NCBI RefSeq assembly: GCF_036321535.1
Contig: NC_087437.1
Span: forward strand, 20,832,001 to 20,896,000
Source: Camelus dromedarius
Lineage: Eukaryota
DNA length: 64,000 bases
Direction: 5' to 3'
A program made the position numbers and the translations under genes. Every line of letters starts with the position of its first letter. The first letter of the stretch is position 1. Below the pieces are notes generated by a model that had not been told where the DNA came from, did not search any database, and saw only the letters and a list, made by a program, of their open reading frames with translations. This document shows positions 38,462-49,719 of this stretch, piece by piece.

Positions 38462-38640
38462 TTGTATTAGAACATGATTCATCTCAGTGATTTCGTTCTT
38501 TGGGCTTGCCATGAAATAGCCTTCCTGCAACACCTTTTTTTTGGGGGGGGGGTTGCTGTTTGGGAGCCATTTTCCTTCTTGCCTGTGACTTAAAATGACT
38601 AAGTGCATTTTGAATATAGCATCAATCAGAAGATCGTAGA
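38462..38640 (-). ncRNA. candidate minus-strand exon (179 nt, or start of a long terminal exon)
   Basis: Acceptor ctgaatcaggtttttggcatttcccttcag|TCTACG and donor CAA|GTAAGC. Contains a 28-codon ATG ORF at 38570-38484. Confidence 0.45.
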
Positions 38641-39013
38641 CTGAAGGGAAATGCCAAAAACCTGATTCAGTATTGCCTGTTTATTTTAGTACCAGTGGCA
38701 TTAACAGTTGCAGTAGGATCAAGCTAATCGTCATTTGCTCTTGAGCAAATAACGAGCCCTGCATTTGTAATTAAAACACTATTGCTATTCGGAAAGATTA
38801 CAACTCAATGTCTTCCACTTTGATAGGCTGGTACAAATTAATCATTTTGAACCCATTTGAATCTTAATCACAAGATTAGATGGATGCAATGGAATTGTTT
38901 TACCCTACAAATGAATGCCTGAGAGATTCAACGGTGTTATTTCCTCTTTGTAAAATGTCGATCCTTTTGTCTTTAACTCAAGGATGGTTGCGTCATCTTG
39001 TAGATTTTCATAC

Positions 39014-39061
39014 CTCATGATTTTCTGTGCCGTTTCTCATTTATGTTGCTCCGGGTCTCGC
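39014..39061 (-). ncRNA. candidate minus-strand 48-nt exon
   Basis: Acceptor gtgtttaaaattcttttag|GCGAGA and donor GAG|GTATGA. CpG-retaining core. Stop codons in all three frames. Confidence 0.45.
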
Positions 39062-39859
39062 CTAAAAGAATTTTAAACACAATTTAAGGAGCTTGAAAGC
39101 CAAATAAGACGTTTGGGAAGTTCATTGTACCATTGTCATTCTAATAAATAGACCAGTGAATGGAAGAATAATTATTATTTATTACTTTGTTGTGTTTCGC
39201 CTTAATGCTTTGCCTTCATATTTCACAGAAATGTTTACTAGGCACAAAGCTTTTCTAAGCTGACCCATTTACAATTGTCTTTGGATTTCCTAGATTAGCC
39301 AAAAACACTTCCTGCCGATTGTAGAGGATGGCACTTACCCCTTCTCATTGCTGGAAAGGCTGTGCTTAACCCATTGCTTAACCCATTTACACTTCTTGGC
39401 TAAGGTGTTTACACTGGGCAGGCCAGAGCAGGTGCGACAGGAAGAATGTGCAAACAACTGCTTTGTTCTCACCAAAATGAAATGGGCAAATCTGTGGTTT
39501 TCTGCCTGAATGATTTATGGTCTAAAATTCTCAACTCCTCTTTTTCTTTTCTTTTTTTCTTTTTTGGGGACTAGGAATTATTTTCCCAAGCCTTAAGTCA
39601 GTGAGAATACCAACATTGCATTTCTTGCTACTAGAGTGATATTGATCTACCTCAGCCATTTCCATGGATCCCCCAAAGAGGGACTGGTAGCCAGACCACG
39701 ACTTAGGGCTGGTTGGTAGGGGGAGACGGAACTAGAAAACCTAGCATTTTTCTCTTTAATGCTAAATTACGCTAAGCCTTTGAGTTCCTGGTACCATATG
39801 GTTCATTCTAACACCTCTCTTCCAAGGGAAATGCTGTTCTTAACAGCTTTCTTGGTAAT

Positions 39860-40300
39860 TAAGCATTCAACACATTTATTGAGTGTCTACTGTATACCAG
39901 GCACATTCCAGAGGTTGGACATGTAGTAATGAACAAGAGAGACCAGGGCCTGCTTCTCATGGACCTGACCCTAGTGTGGTGGAGTTGTGGGGGCGAGGGG
40001 CACAAAAATAAATATGTTAACAATTAATTAAAGAAGACAAGTGCAAAGAAGAAAAAGAAAAGAAAATTTTAAAAGGCAAGGGTGTCATGTGGGGAGGAGA
40101 GGAGCTGTTTTAGAACCATGGGCCAGGGAAAGCCTTCCAGAGGAGGAGACCTGCGTGGAGGGATGATCCAGGCAGGCAAAGAGCTGACGGGAGCATTATC
40201 TGGCAGAGGTGCACTCATGCTCAGACCGCAAACTTCCCTTTCTATGTGTAACCGCCATTATATCAGAGCCAGGTCTGAGGACTTTGTGGGTTGAGCCTGA
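39860..40300 (-). mobile_element. L2 3' end
   Basis: cattcaacacatttattgagtgtctactgtataccaggcac...agtaatgaacaagagagaccagggcctgcttctcatgg, the classic antisense L2 tail. Confidence 0.85.
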
Positions 40301-43300
40301 CTTATGGAAGCTTCCCTGCAGTGAGACGGTAGGCTAGGCCCCCACAGCTGGTTTTTGTCAAATTTCCAGGACTCGGTGCCAGTGAAGTCATTGCCTTTGA
40401 CCCAGCCCCACCCCAATGCTGCCTACGGTGTGGTAAAGCCCTGGACGTCACAGTCCTAGGCAGTGGTGAAATTCTGGCACAGGGTCAGTGCCAACCCAGG
40501 AAATCCACAGAAGAAAGGAATCTCGGAGCAAGGAAATTTCTGGAAAGCCTCTTGCTTTGCCTTTCATAAGAACTCCAGAACTTCAACTTGTGGCAAAACA
40601 CTGACATGGCCACTTCCTTTAAGTTGTTTCAAAGGCAAATGGTGGAAAGGTCTGTCCCAGCTTGCCAATAAATTGTCCTTGTCCTCCTATGCATCAAACG
40701 CTTCAGTTCTGCAGAACTCTTTTACTGTTGGTGGCTTTCGAATGAGCTTGCCTCTTGGAGTGGTCTTCTCTATTTGAACAAATAATACTAAGAAAATTCT
40801 TCTTCAGAACCAGAACCCTGTTATGCCTTTTAGGTTAGTCTGCTAATGAAGCTCCAGGAACAAAGGGATAGGTTTGCTGTACAAGTTAGAAACTATTTTA
40901 AAGCCCTTCAGAGTCTTCTGAATGTTTCAGAAGCACCTTCTAAAATCGATTAATAATTTAATGGACTTTGCTTATCACAAGTTAAAAGTGGCCTGGCTGA
41001 CTCCTTACTCCTCATTTGGTTTTGACTAGTCGTGAAACATTCCCTTGCATGAAGAATGTTCTAGTCCTTTGTAGTCGAGTATTGCCCATCCACGGGGAGG
41101 GGGCTTCAACAATTCAGTTCACTTCTTCGAATATTTCTTGAGCATCTACTGTGTGACACACACCACTCCAATCCAAGCAGAAGGGGAATATGACGTGAAA
41201 TTCCCTGTGAAGCTCATGTCCAAGTTCTTACACAGAGCTGGGGCATTGTATGGACAAGCACAATTATGTGTCCTCTGTTCCAGAAAAAAAATGAATGCTG
41301 TTCTCTTAATGGCCTTTTATACTGTTTGCTGAAAACTAGTCCTCAGTTCGGGGGAGCATCTCAACCGATGGCCAGAATGGTTCTTCCCTGAGACTCTGTA
41401 TCATCCTCATCACCTTCCCAAAGTGTCTTGGCTCCTAATAGGCCACCGTATGTCTGGCCGCCCTGCTCCAAGCTGGTCTGCCTGCCTTGCCAGGTGACCT
41501 CCTTAACGCCTGCCACTCTTTCGCATTCATGAGCAGATGTTAAGTTGAGAAGCCCTTGAATGTAAAAATTTGAATTTGCGATGCAGGCAAGATGCTTCTG
41601 CTTTTTTAGTTTCCCTGATGGACAGTGGGGGTCTCCCTGCTGGCTGTTCTGCAGAGGGCTTTGCGGGCAGCCGGGAAATCACAGACCAGCTGCCAAAGCC
41701 CTTGTCTCTGTTAGGTGATCCCAGCATGGCTCTGCCATGGCCCAAACATCTCACTGACCAGAAAATGACTCTTTTGATCTTGTCATTCATTTTGCATCTT
41801 TTCCTTTAATGACTTCCTTGCTTCTGCAGCTATTCCTGTTCAGGGTTCAAGACTAGCACTAGCGTCTACTCTCACTATATTTGGCCTGTGGAGGAAGTTT
41901 GTTTTCGGTTCTGTTTTGTTTTTAAAATGCCAGTGTCAATATTTTTTCTGTGTTCATGATGAGCTGTGAGAGCTTTTATGATTTTCTTTATATGATTAAA
42001 TAAACCTCTTCCTTACCCCGTGGTCATTGCTGCCAAATGGAGATTTTGAAATTCTTTTTTTTTTTTTTTTTTTTTTGTCTGCTAAAATCTTCTACCCTGT
42101 CTGAGGCCTTGCTCTAATTAAGGTCTAACAGTCCTGCCTGTCTTCCCCAGCGCTGAGTGTGACGTGGAGTCCCTGCCCCGAGGCCCTTACAAGCCAGCTA
42201 GTCGAGAAAACAAAAGCCACCAGCTGAGAATGTGGTTAGATCCCAGAAGGGCAGTGCCCTTGTAAATTTTTCCCCTTTCCTCTTGTTTCTTGAGCTGTAG
42301 GAGGGAGGTGGGGGACCTTTAATAGGGACAGAGAGGGGCTCCCTCACTGAAAGGTTCTCTAGAAAACACAGGATGTTGGGGAAATAGTGTGGAAGAGAGT
42401 GGGGTGGTCATCTGGTAGGCAAAATAGGGAGATGAAGATGACTATGGACTGAGAGGGCAGCAAGGGGGCGGGAGGGGGTGCAGAACATGAGAAAGAGGGA
42501 ACAAAGGGAACAGTCAATCAGGAGGCAGGCTGCTGTGCCGCACCCTGGAGCCAGGGGAGTCGTGTAAAAGGGGGCAAGAGTGGGAGGTGCTGCATCTCAG
42601 GGAGAGCACCTAAGATGCAGGCTGCAGGCCTGCAGTGTAGGGACCTGCTCTCACGTTCCGTGTGGCTTCAGTCGTAATGATGGCCTTGGGGCTTTACTGT
42701 CCCAGGCTGGCTGTTCTGAAGAGCCTACAGATCGGCATCTCTAAGGGTAATTTATCCCAGAATCTTATGAAGTCTCTATCCCAAGGCTCCTATTCTACAT
42801 GCTGAGGATGCCAACCCCCACCCCCCACCCCCACCCACAACTCGACTAGATCTGGATTAAACTTTAAATGAGCAGACTCCTTACATGGTCTGTGCCCAAA
42901 TGCTTTTGGTTTTCTACCAAGCTCAGGCTGGAGAGAGACCCAAAATACCTGTTTTAAGCTGCAGATTCTAGAAACTCTTTTGCCGAAAGTCATGTGGCCC
43001 ATAGCAGGGATGCTGCTTTACTTTTGGAGCCCCCAAAGCCTGTCCTTCCCTGCGCTTCCGCAGCCAATCCAGGCCCTGGTCTGATCGGGTTCCTTGGCCT
43101 CCAGAAGCCCCACACCTGGCTGGCACACCCGCACTTGGTGCTGCCACCGCCCTAGACTTCTCGCTTAGCTCTTGTGGGAATGGGAACCAGCACTTCAGTT
43201 GCTTTGTGAAACTTAAACCCACTTTGTTCTGTCATTGAGGGCATTGTGGCCCAGAGAAGTTGTGACTTCTCCAGGTTACACAGAAAGTTAAGCGGTCATG

Positions 43301-43375
43301 CTTGACTCCTACTCCAGTGCTCTTTCTGCTAAACCAAGCTGCTTTTTAGGTTGCTTGGGAAGCCAAGTTCTAAAC

Positions 43376-43545
43376 CAGAGGTTGGCAAACTGTTTCTGTA
43401 AAGGGCCAGACAAGAAATATTTTTAGGCTTTGTGGATCGACACAGAATTGAGGATGCCATGTAGGTATTTATATAACAACAAAGAAAACAATTTCCATAA
43501 ACTTTTTATTAATGAAATTAAAAATATAAAATACATAATATGAAG

Positions 43546-43597
<52 letters not shown>

Positions 43598-43826
43598 TAT
43601 ACTGTCATAGATACAGAAATGAATGACTATGGCTGTGTCCCAGTAAAACTTCACTTATGGGCAGTGAAATTTGAATTTCATGTAATTTTCATGTCATGAA
43701 ATACTATTTTCCTTTTGATTTTTTTTCCAATCATTTAAAAATGTCAGAACCATCCTCAGCTTACAGGTTATACAAAAACAGGTGGCAGGCAGAACTGGCC
43801 TGCAGGCCATAGTTGGCGGACCTATT
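43376..43826 (-). mobile_element. MER58B-like hAT transposon
   Basis: Termini cagaggttggcaaac ... catagttggcggacct. Internal tttctgtaaagggccaga and gaaatttgaatttcatgtaattttc. Confidence 0.85.
43548..43595. repeat. (TAA)16 microsatellite inside MER58
   Basis: Direct reading. Confidence 0.95.
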
Positions 43827-45621
43827 CTCTAAGTCAAAAGCTACAAACTGGGGCCCACTGGTCAGTCCAGTTCACGTATGTACTTTGTTTGACTTCTAAC
43901 AATAGTTTTAATTGGATCTGTTGCCAGGTTTTTGTCTTCTAATTTTTAATTGTATTATGTTTTTCTTCTAACTATAAAAGTAACATATACGTACTGTGAA
44001 ACAATTTGGAATGTTAACATTCTGGCATGCATAATTTCAGTCCTTTATCTATGCCTGGTGATTTTTTTAGTGGTTGAGATAATATTTTGCAGACAATTTT
44101 AAAACTTTTTTTGTTACTTAATGTCATATCATAAGCATTTTATGTCATTTTAAATTCTCTCATTAACATAATCTTTTAAAACTTTATTATGAAAATCTTA
44201 AGCATATGCACAATGTGGAAAAACCAGTGCAGTGAACCCCTATGTAGCCGTCACTCAGCTTCAGTTCTCAGTGGCCAGCCAGTCTTGTTTCATGTAAATC
44301 CTCGCCTGTATTATTTTAAAGCAAATCCTAGATTGTATCATTGTATCTCTAAATATTTTAGTATGATTCTTTAAAAGACAAGGAGACCAAAAGAAGATGC
44401 TTTTTCTTAAGAAATAAATGCTGAAGTATTTAGGGTTAAAAGAGAATGATGTTTGCAACTTACAGATGTTTCGGGAAAAAGGTAATAGGTAAAAAAATTA
44501 GATATGGGTGGAGTGTATATAGTTTTTTTGGTGCTATTCTTTCAATTCTTTTATAGTTTTTAAATAGTTCTAAGTGAAACTTTTAAAATGTGGATTACTA
44601 AAAAAATGCATTTTTTAAAAATGTGGATTACTAGGAAAAATAACCACAGTATCATTATCAAACCGAAAAATAACAGTGATTCTTTAATAACATCAAATAT
44701 CGTAGTCAGCAAATTTGTCCAGTTAGGTCATTTAAAAAAAAAAAAAAACAGCTTGTTTGTTCAAAGCACAATTCCAAATAAGGTCCATACAGTGCAGTTA
44801 ATATTCCCTTGAATTTCATTTAATCTAAAGGTTTACTCCCTCTCTTTCTTTCACCCTTGCTATTGCTATAAAAGTTTTGTTGAAGAAACAGTTTAGCTCA
44901 TAGAGTTTCCCACAATGGGAAATCTGAGATTGCATTCCTTGGTGCTGTTCTACATGGTCCTCTGTCTCAGAGATTTTCTGTAAATTCTCTCACTTAGAGA
45001 CTTGATCAGACTCAGATTCCTTTTTTTTTTTTTTAAGAAGTCAACATTTCATATATTTTATATAAAAATCCTGATTTGGGCTTCATGGAATATTCTGCAG
45101 ATCTGGCATTTTCATCTGGCAACAGTTGGTCTGGGGCTGGGTAGTGACCACCCCCCGCCCCATTTAGGTGGGACATGATTGATCCTGTAGTCCCCAGTTC
45201 TTACTACTTCCTGCTTGGCTTCCAGGGCCGAGAAGCTGCCAGCCCTGTTCTCCACATGGCCTCTTCAGGGCCTTTGGGAGACTTCTCAACGCAACATCAC
45301 AAGAGGCTTTTCAGGAACTTGGTGGAGATCAGAGAAAATGATTTGGACAGGGACTTTCTTAAAATGCTTGAAGGGAAAAGGATAAGCAGCCAAATAAGAG
45401 GAAGCTAAGGGATAGAACCTGGTACGTGCCGGGGATGAGGGAAAGAGAAGAAAAGTAAAACACTAAAATAAATTCACAGAGTGAGCAAGGCAAGGAGAGG
45501 AGGCGGAATGAGTTACAGAAGCCTAACAGAAACGAAGGAAGCCAGTGGCTTTAAAAGAGACAATGCTTTAGACTTTTTCTATATTGTGATAATAATGAAA
45601 ACTTAAAAGAGAGAAAGAAGG

Positions 45622-45775
45622 AGAGGGGAGGGTAGAGCTCAGTGGTAGAGTACATGCCCAACATGCACAACGCCCTGGGTTCAGTCCCCAGCACCTCTAT
45701 TAAATAAATTAATTAATTAACCTCATTACCCCCTCCACAAAAGAATTTAATTTTTAAAAAAGGAAAAAAATTTTT
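45622..45775 (+). mobile_element. tRNA-derived SINE of camelid type (ALPINE-like) with 15-bp TSD
   Basis: ggggagggtagagctcagtggtagag (A box), gggttcagtcccc (B box), taaataaattaattaattaacctcattacc tail. TSD aagagagaaagaagg at 45607-45621 and 45776-45790. Confidence 0.85.
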
Positions 45776-46699
45776 AAGAGAGAAAGAAGGGGGGTGGTAC
45801 ACGTTAAACTGGCCAACAGTCCTAAATCAGAAAGCTCAAGCAGGCAGTTGTAGCATAATAGAAATCACGTGGGGAACAAGCAAAACAAAGGAGAAAATAA
45901 GAAAAGCCTCCTAGAAAAGGTCACCAGAAAAGGACCAGGACCAGGAGCCATGCTGTGGAGATGTTGAAGAACTAGTAGAAATTTAAGAGAAGAGAGAATC
46001 TTGAAAGCCTTAGGATGTTTTTTCTTAATTGCAAATGCATTGAAATGAAAAGTATTATAAGGATGTAAAAATATGTATATCACATTTAGCTGTTGTGAAA
46101 GAAATCAATCTTTACAGAAAAAAATAAAATTATGACAAGTCGGGATGTTCTTGGAAATTTCCAGATAGTTCCCCATACTCAGAAGAATGATTAAGAGAGA
46201 GAATCTGTGACTGGTTATGAGGAAGGGTGGAAAATTTTGAAGGACAGGCTGATTATGTAAGTTTTAGGCTGCGGTGTTTAAAACTGTTGCCGTGATATTT
46301 TAGTTATTAATAACAATTTGGGGGAAATCTACTCGCTTCTGGAGAAACATTTGGCCCTAATGAGAAAGAAATGCCACTGTTTGTGGATTCGCAAGTGGAT
46401 GTAAGGAGCCATTCACTTGCTAAGCCTCTTAGGAAAGCCAGAGCCGATTTCACCCTTAACAAGCTGTTGACAGTGTCTGATCAAGGTACCACCTGGAACA
46501 TGTTAGCAGCACAGACAGTGGACTATAGAGTCAGACCTGTATTTAAATCCCTTTATGTCACTCACCGTGTGACCCTGGCAGCTTACCCATGGAAAATTTC
46601 TAGGGTATAAAAGTTGCTTTACACACGGGAACTATGATTCTTACTGCTTGGATGGTAGGAACTTAGGGCTCTGGATACTTGACCTCCAGCACTAACAGC

Positions 46700-46945
46700 C
46701 GTAACAGCTTATGATCATGAAGCACTTACCAGGTGCCCACACTGTTGTAGATGTTTGGCCTACTTTATCCCATTTAACTATCAAAAAGCCTTATGAGGTT
46801 AGAGTAATGTTAAAATCAGCCCCATTTGACAGATGAGCAAGCTGAGGCTCAGGGACGTTAAGTAACTTGCCCAAAGTCACACGGTGAGTTGCCTTATAAG
46901 TGACAAAGCTGGGCTTTCAACCCAGACTGGCGGAATCCAAAGGCC
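46700..46945 (-). mobile_element. MIR SINE (another MIR fragment lies on the + strand at about 46505-46620)
   Basis: cccatttgacagatgagcaagctgaggctcagggacgttaagtaacttgcccaaagtcacac, the MIR core. Confidence 0.9.
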
Positions 46946-48239
46946 AAATTGCCTTGCTCCACCACCTCCCATCTTCCAGGTGCAGGGCGGCACAGGGAGC
47001 AGAGCCTCATACTGGCACTTCCCAACCTGAAGTTCCTAATCCCCATGCCTTTGTTTTCTTGGAGGTCTCTGAATGATTTTCACAGTTCCCCAAAGCCTCA
47101 GTGGAAACACATAAACTCACAATCAGCTCACAAGTCTCTTTACTTTGGAATCCATGATTAACAACGGGTTCACCCAGGTTTTGTAGAAGCTCTGATTGGC
47201 AATTACATATACGAAAACATTGCAGGGTTGTTTTTTTTAAGTGGGAAGATGAATCATTAGTTAATAAATGCAATTTAGTGGAATAGCTCTTTCTGAACGT
47301 GGCCCACGGAGAGACAGTAAAGGGTGCTTGGCTTTGAGGAGATTGGGAACTGCTAGATGCATGTGTGTGCATGTTACCCAGCCTGTCGGCCTTCAGAACC
47401 CCGTCTTTATTTTTTAATTACATGATGCTTCAGTTTGCCTTTAAGTCAGTATATTTCTCCTCAGTAAAATGTTTTACCAGCTGTGAATGTAATATTGGGA
47501 TCTACTTTATTCATCAGAATGATCACAATCTTAAAAACATGGTCAGTAACGGGGACGCAGAATTGTGAGCATTGTATTCCAAGATAAAAACAGGATGTAA
47601 GTCAAGCAAAGAATGGACTTCTTATCCTTGTAAATTGGAACCTGGGAATGAATCTTTTCAAAAGAAATTTTAAAAATAAGACTCATACTACCAGAACCCA
47701 GGGAACATGGATAGTTTTGGGGGAAAAAAAAAAAAAAACCAAGCAAACAAAACCTGTACGTTAGAGCACTAGTACGTTTGCTCCACAAGGCCAGTTTGTG
47801 GCAGGCCTCAGTAAATACTTTTTCAATGAGCAGTCCCAGAATCTTGGACGAAGGATCCTAGCAGGCAGGCAGTGCCCTTTATTTAAGGAAGAGGCCTGGG
47901 TCTCTTGCGTGAAATAGCTTTAACAGCATGTTGGGAAAAATCAATCTAGGCCTCTCCCGTCAGCCATGGGAAAGCGCAGGTGACACCCATTCCTGAGAAT
48001 TTAAGTTAAAACTGCACTTGACTTTGTCTGAAGCCTTTTTCTCTCAAATGTGCAGGGGTTGATGCTGTCTGGGATCTGGATCCGGAACCCAGGGACCCCT
48101 CTGCGGACCCAGGCCTGGTTCTGATAGTGACAGGCTCTGTGGCCAAAGACCCCAAACTGGGTTGTCCTTGCGGCAGGTTGCCAGTTGTGTTCTCCCCCGA
48201 GAAGAGGGAGGTGGAGGCCGCTGCCCCCCTTGATGGCAT

Positions 48240-49010
48240 CTGAGGTGTCGTGGGTCCCTCCACCCCCGTCGCACCCAGGTAGGGTCTGGGGCCTCGCCGA
48301 GCGGTGGTGCTTCCCTCCTCCCCAGCCCCGCCGCTGTCCTCCCGAGGCCCGGTGCTGGGCACGTTGGTCCCTGGCACTCCAGCCCGCGACTGAGGTCGGG
48401 GAGCCCTCTTCCCGGCCGGGCCGCGTCTCCGACCCCGCGCCGGGGGCGGGCCGGGCCGGCCGAGCCGAGCAGCCGGCGTCCATTTTCTGGGCGGTGCTGC
48501 GCGGCGCCGCGGCCTGACTCGCGGGTCCGGAAGCGCCATGGACCCCCGGGGAACGCGCTCGCGGGGCAGCGGTGGAGCCCTGTAAGTGCCATCGCGGGGC
48601 CGTGTCCGGGCTGGGTGGGAGAGGCGCGGCCGGCCTGACCCCTCCTCTCCTAGGAGGGAGCCTCGAAACCCGGCCAGGGAACGTTCGCGCAGGACTGGGA
48701 GCTCCGCGGACGCTTAAGAGCCGAGCTGCTGCGGGGACCGAGCGCCCGCAGGTGCCCGGACGCCGGGGCCCGCGCCCGGGGGGAGGGGGTTCCAACCGCA
48801 GAGTCAGGGCACTTCGCACCGCAGCGAGTGGCCCATCTGCGCGGCTGTGCTAGAGGGCGGGGGGCCGGGGACAAATGCGCACCCAAGGGCTGGGGACGTG
48901 ACGGGCTCCGGTCCAGCAGACTCAGGAACTGAGCTGACAGTCCATCTCCAGTCCCCTGGACTGCGACTCGGACCCCCGTCCGGACCTATCCGGCATCTGA
49001 AGATTTTCCT
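48240..49010. promoter_or_regulatory. CpG island, probable bidirectional housekeeping-type promoter
   Basis: Very high GC and CpG density. GC box at about 48442-48450, YY1-like CCATTTT at 48480-48486, ETS CCGGAAG at 48527-48533. Divergent ATGs at 48483 (-) and 48538 (+). Confidence 0.9.
48538..48581 (+). CDS. exon 1 part of a putative 47-aa spliced small ORF (MDPRGTRSRGSGGA...)
   Basis: GCCATGG Kozak context, 44 nt to a CT|GTAAGT donor at 48582. Splicing signals are good; translation is unproven. Confidence 0.4.
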
Positions 49011-49719
49011 TGCTTCAACACCAAGCCCCTTGAATTGAATGGGACGTGCAAAGGCAGGGCCCTGCCCCCAGGGGTTTGCAATCTCAGCCTCCTACTTCTG
49101 CAGTAGTTAGGTCTCCAGTGTTGGTACAACACGACCGCCCGCTGTTAGCCACTTCTTTGCAGGGAATATCGTAAATCACCTGAGATTTTAGTCTGTCCGC
49201 GGTTCCACTTTGTAACTCCTCTGCTATAGGTAAGTGACTAATTCCATTCTGGACTTTGGCCTAAATTGAGTCTCTCTCCTAAGGATCCATTATGGATGAT
49301 ACGTATGATGGTGCCTTATACATATTTTAAAGGTTAAAGACTTTTCTCCTAATCATGAAGCTCAACAACTCGGTCAGGTTCTCATGGTTAAAAAGCGTAA
49401 GAGGATTAAGTACGCGGCTTCAGAGAAGCTTCTCCTGAGGTACTATTATCTGGGTGTAGTGTTTTTTTTAATGAGAGTAGGGACGCATTAGAAGATTGTG
49501 AAATCAGTTTAGTGGGTTACTACCAGATTATGAAAAAAGAGATAAAATATGTAATACAACATAGAAAAGAATAGAATAGACTGGAAAATATGGGTGCACT
49601 ACGCGTAGTAAAAGTAAGCATTGTTTTCAGACTGTGGGGTTTCAGTTTATATAATGTGATTTTTAAAAATGGTAGGTCTCTGTCAAAAAGTTTTTAAAGC
49701 TTAACTTACAGATTAATAA

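Larger units (their letters stand above)
32100..39850. other. transposon-free, AT-rich non-coding island containing three N-masked blocks
   Basis: I can recognise no SINE, LINE, LTR or DNA element between the MIR ending at about 32080 and the L2 starting at about 39860. N runs at 32550-32702, 35852-36247 and 36579-36717. Confidence 0.6.

Noticed and set aside
32370-39000. 3' UTR of a protein-coding gene
   Set aside because: No coding terminal exon is visible on either strand at either edge of the island.
43423-43654. Poly-Ile and poly-Tyr ORFs
   Set aside because: Translations of the (TAA)16 microsatellite.
45625-45700. tRNA gene
   Set aside because: Has A and B boxes, but also an AT-rich tail and a TSD and no complete cloverleaf, so it is a SINE.
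48538-48555. N-terminus MDPRGT resembles the start of DXO
   Set aside because: Only six residues match. What follows is unrelated, and no DXO exons or neighbouring genes are present.
48001-48886. Several long overlapping ORFs (272, 182, 177 aa) at the CpG island
   Set aside because: Expected from stop-codon scarcity in very GC-rich DNA. Low-complexity Arg/Pro/Gly/Ala composition and no recognisable domain.
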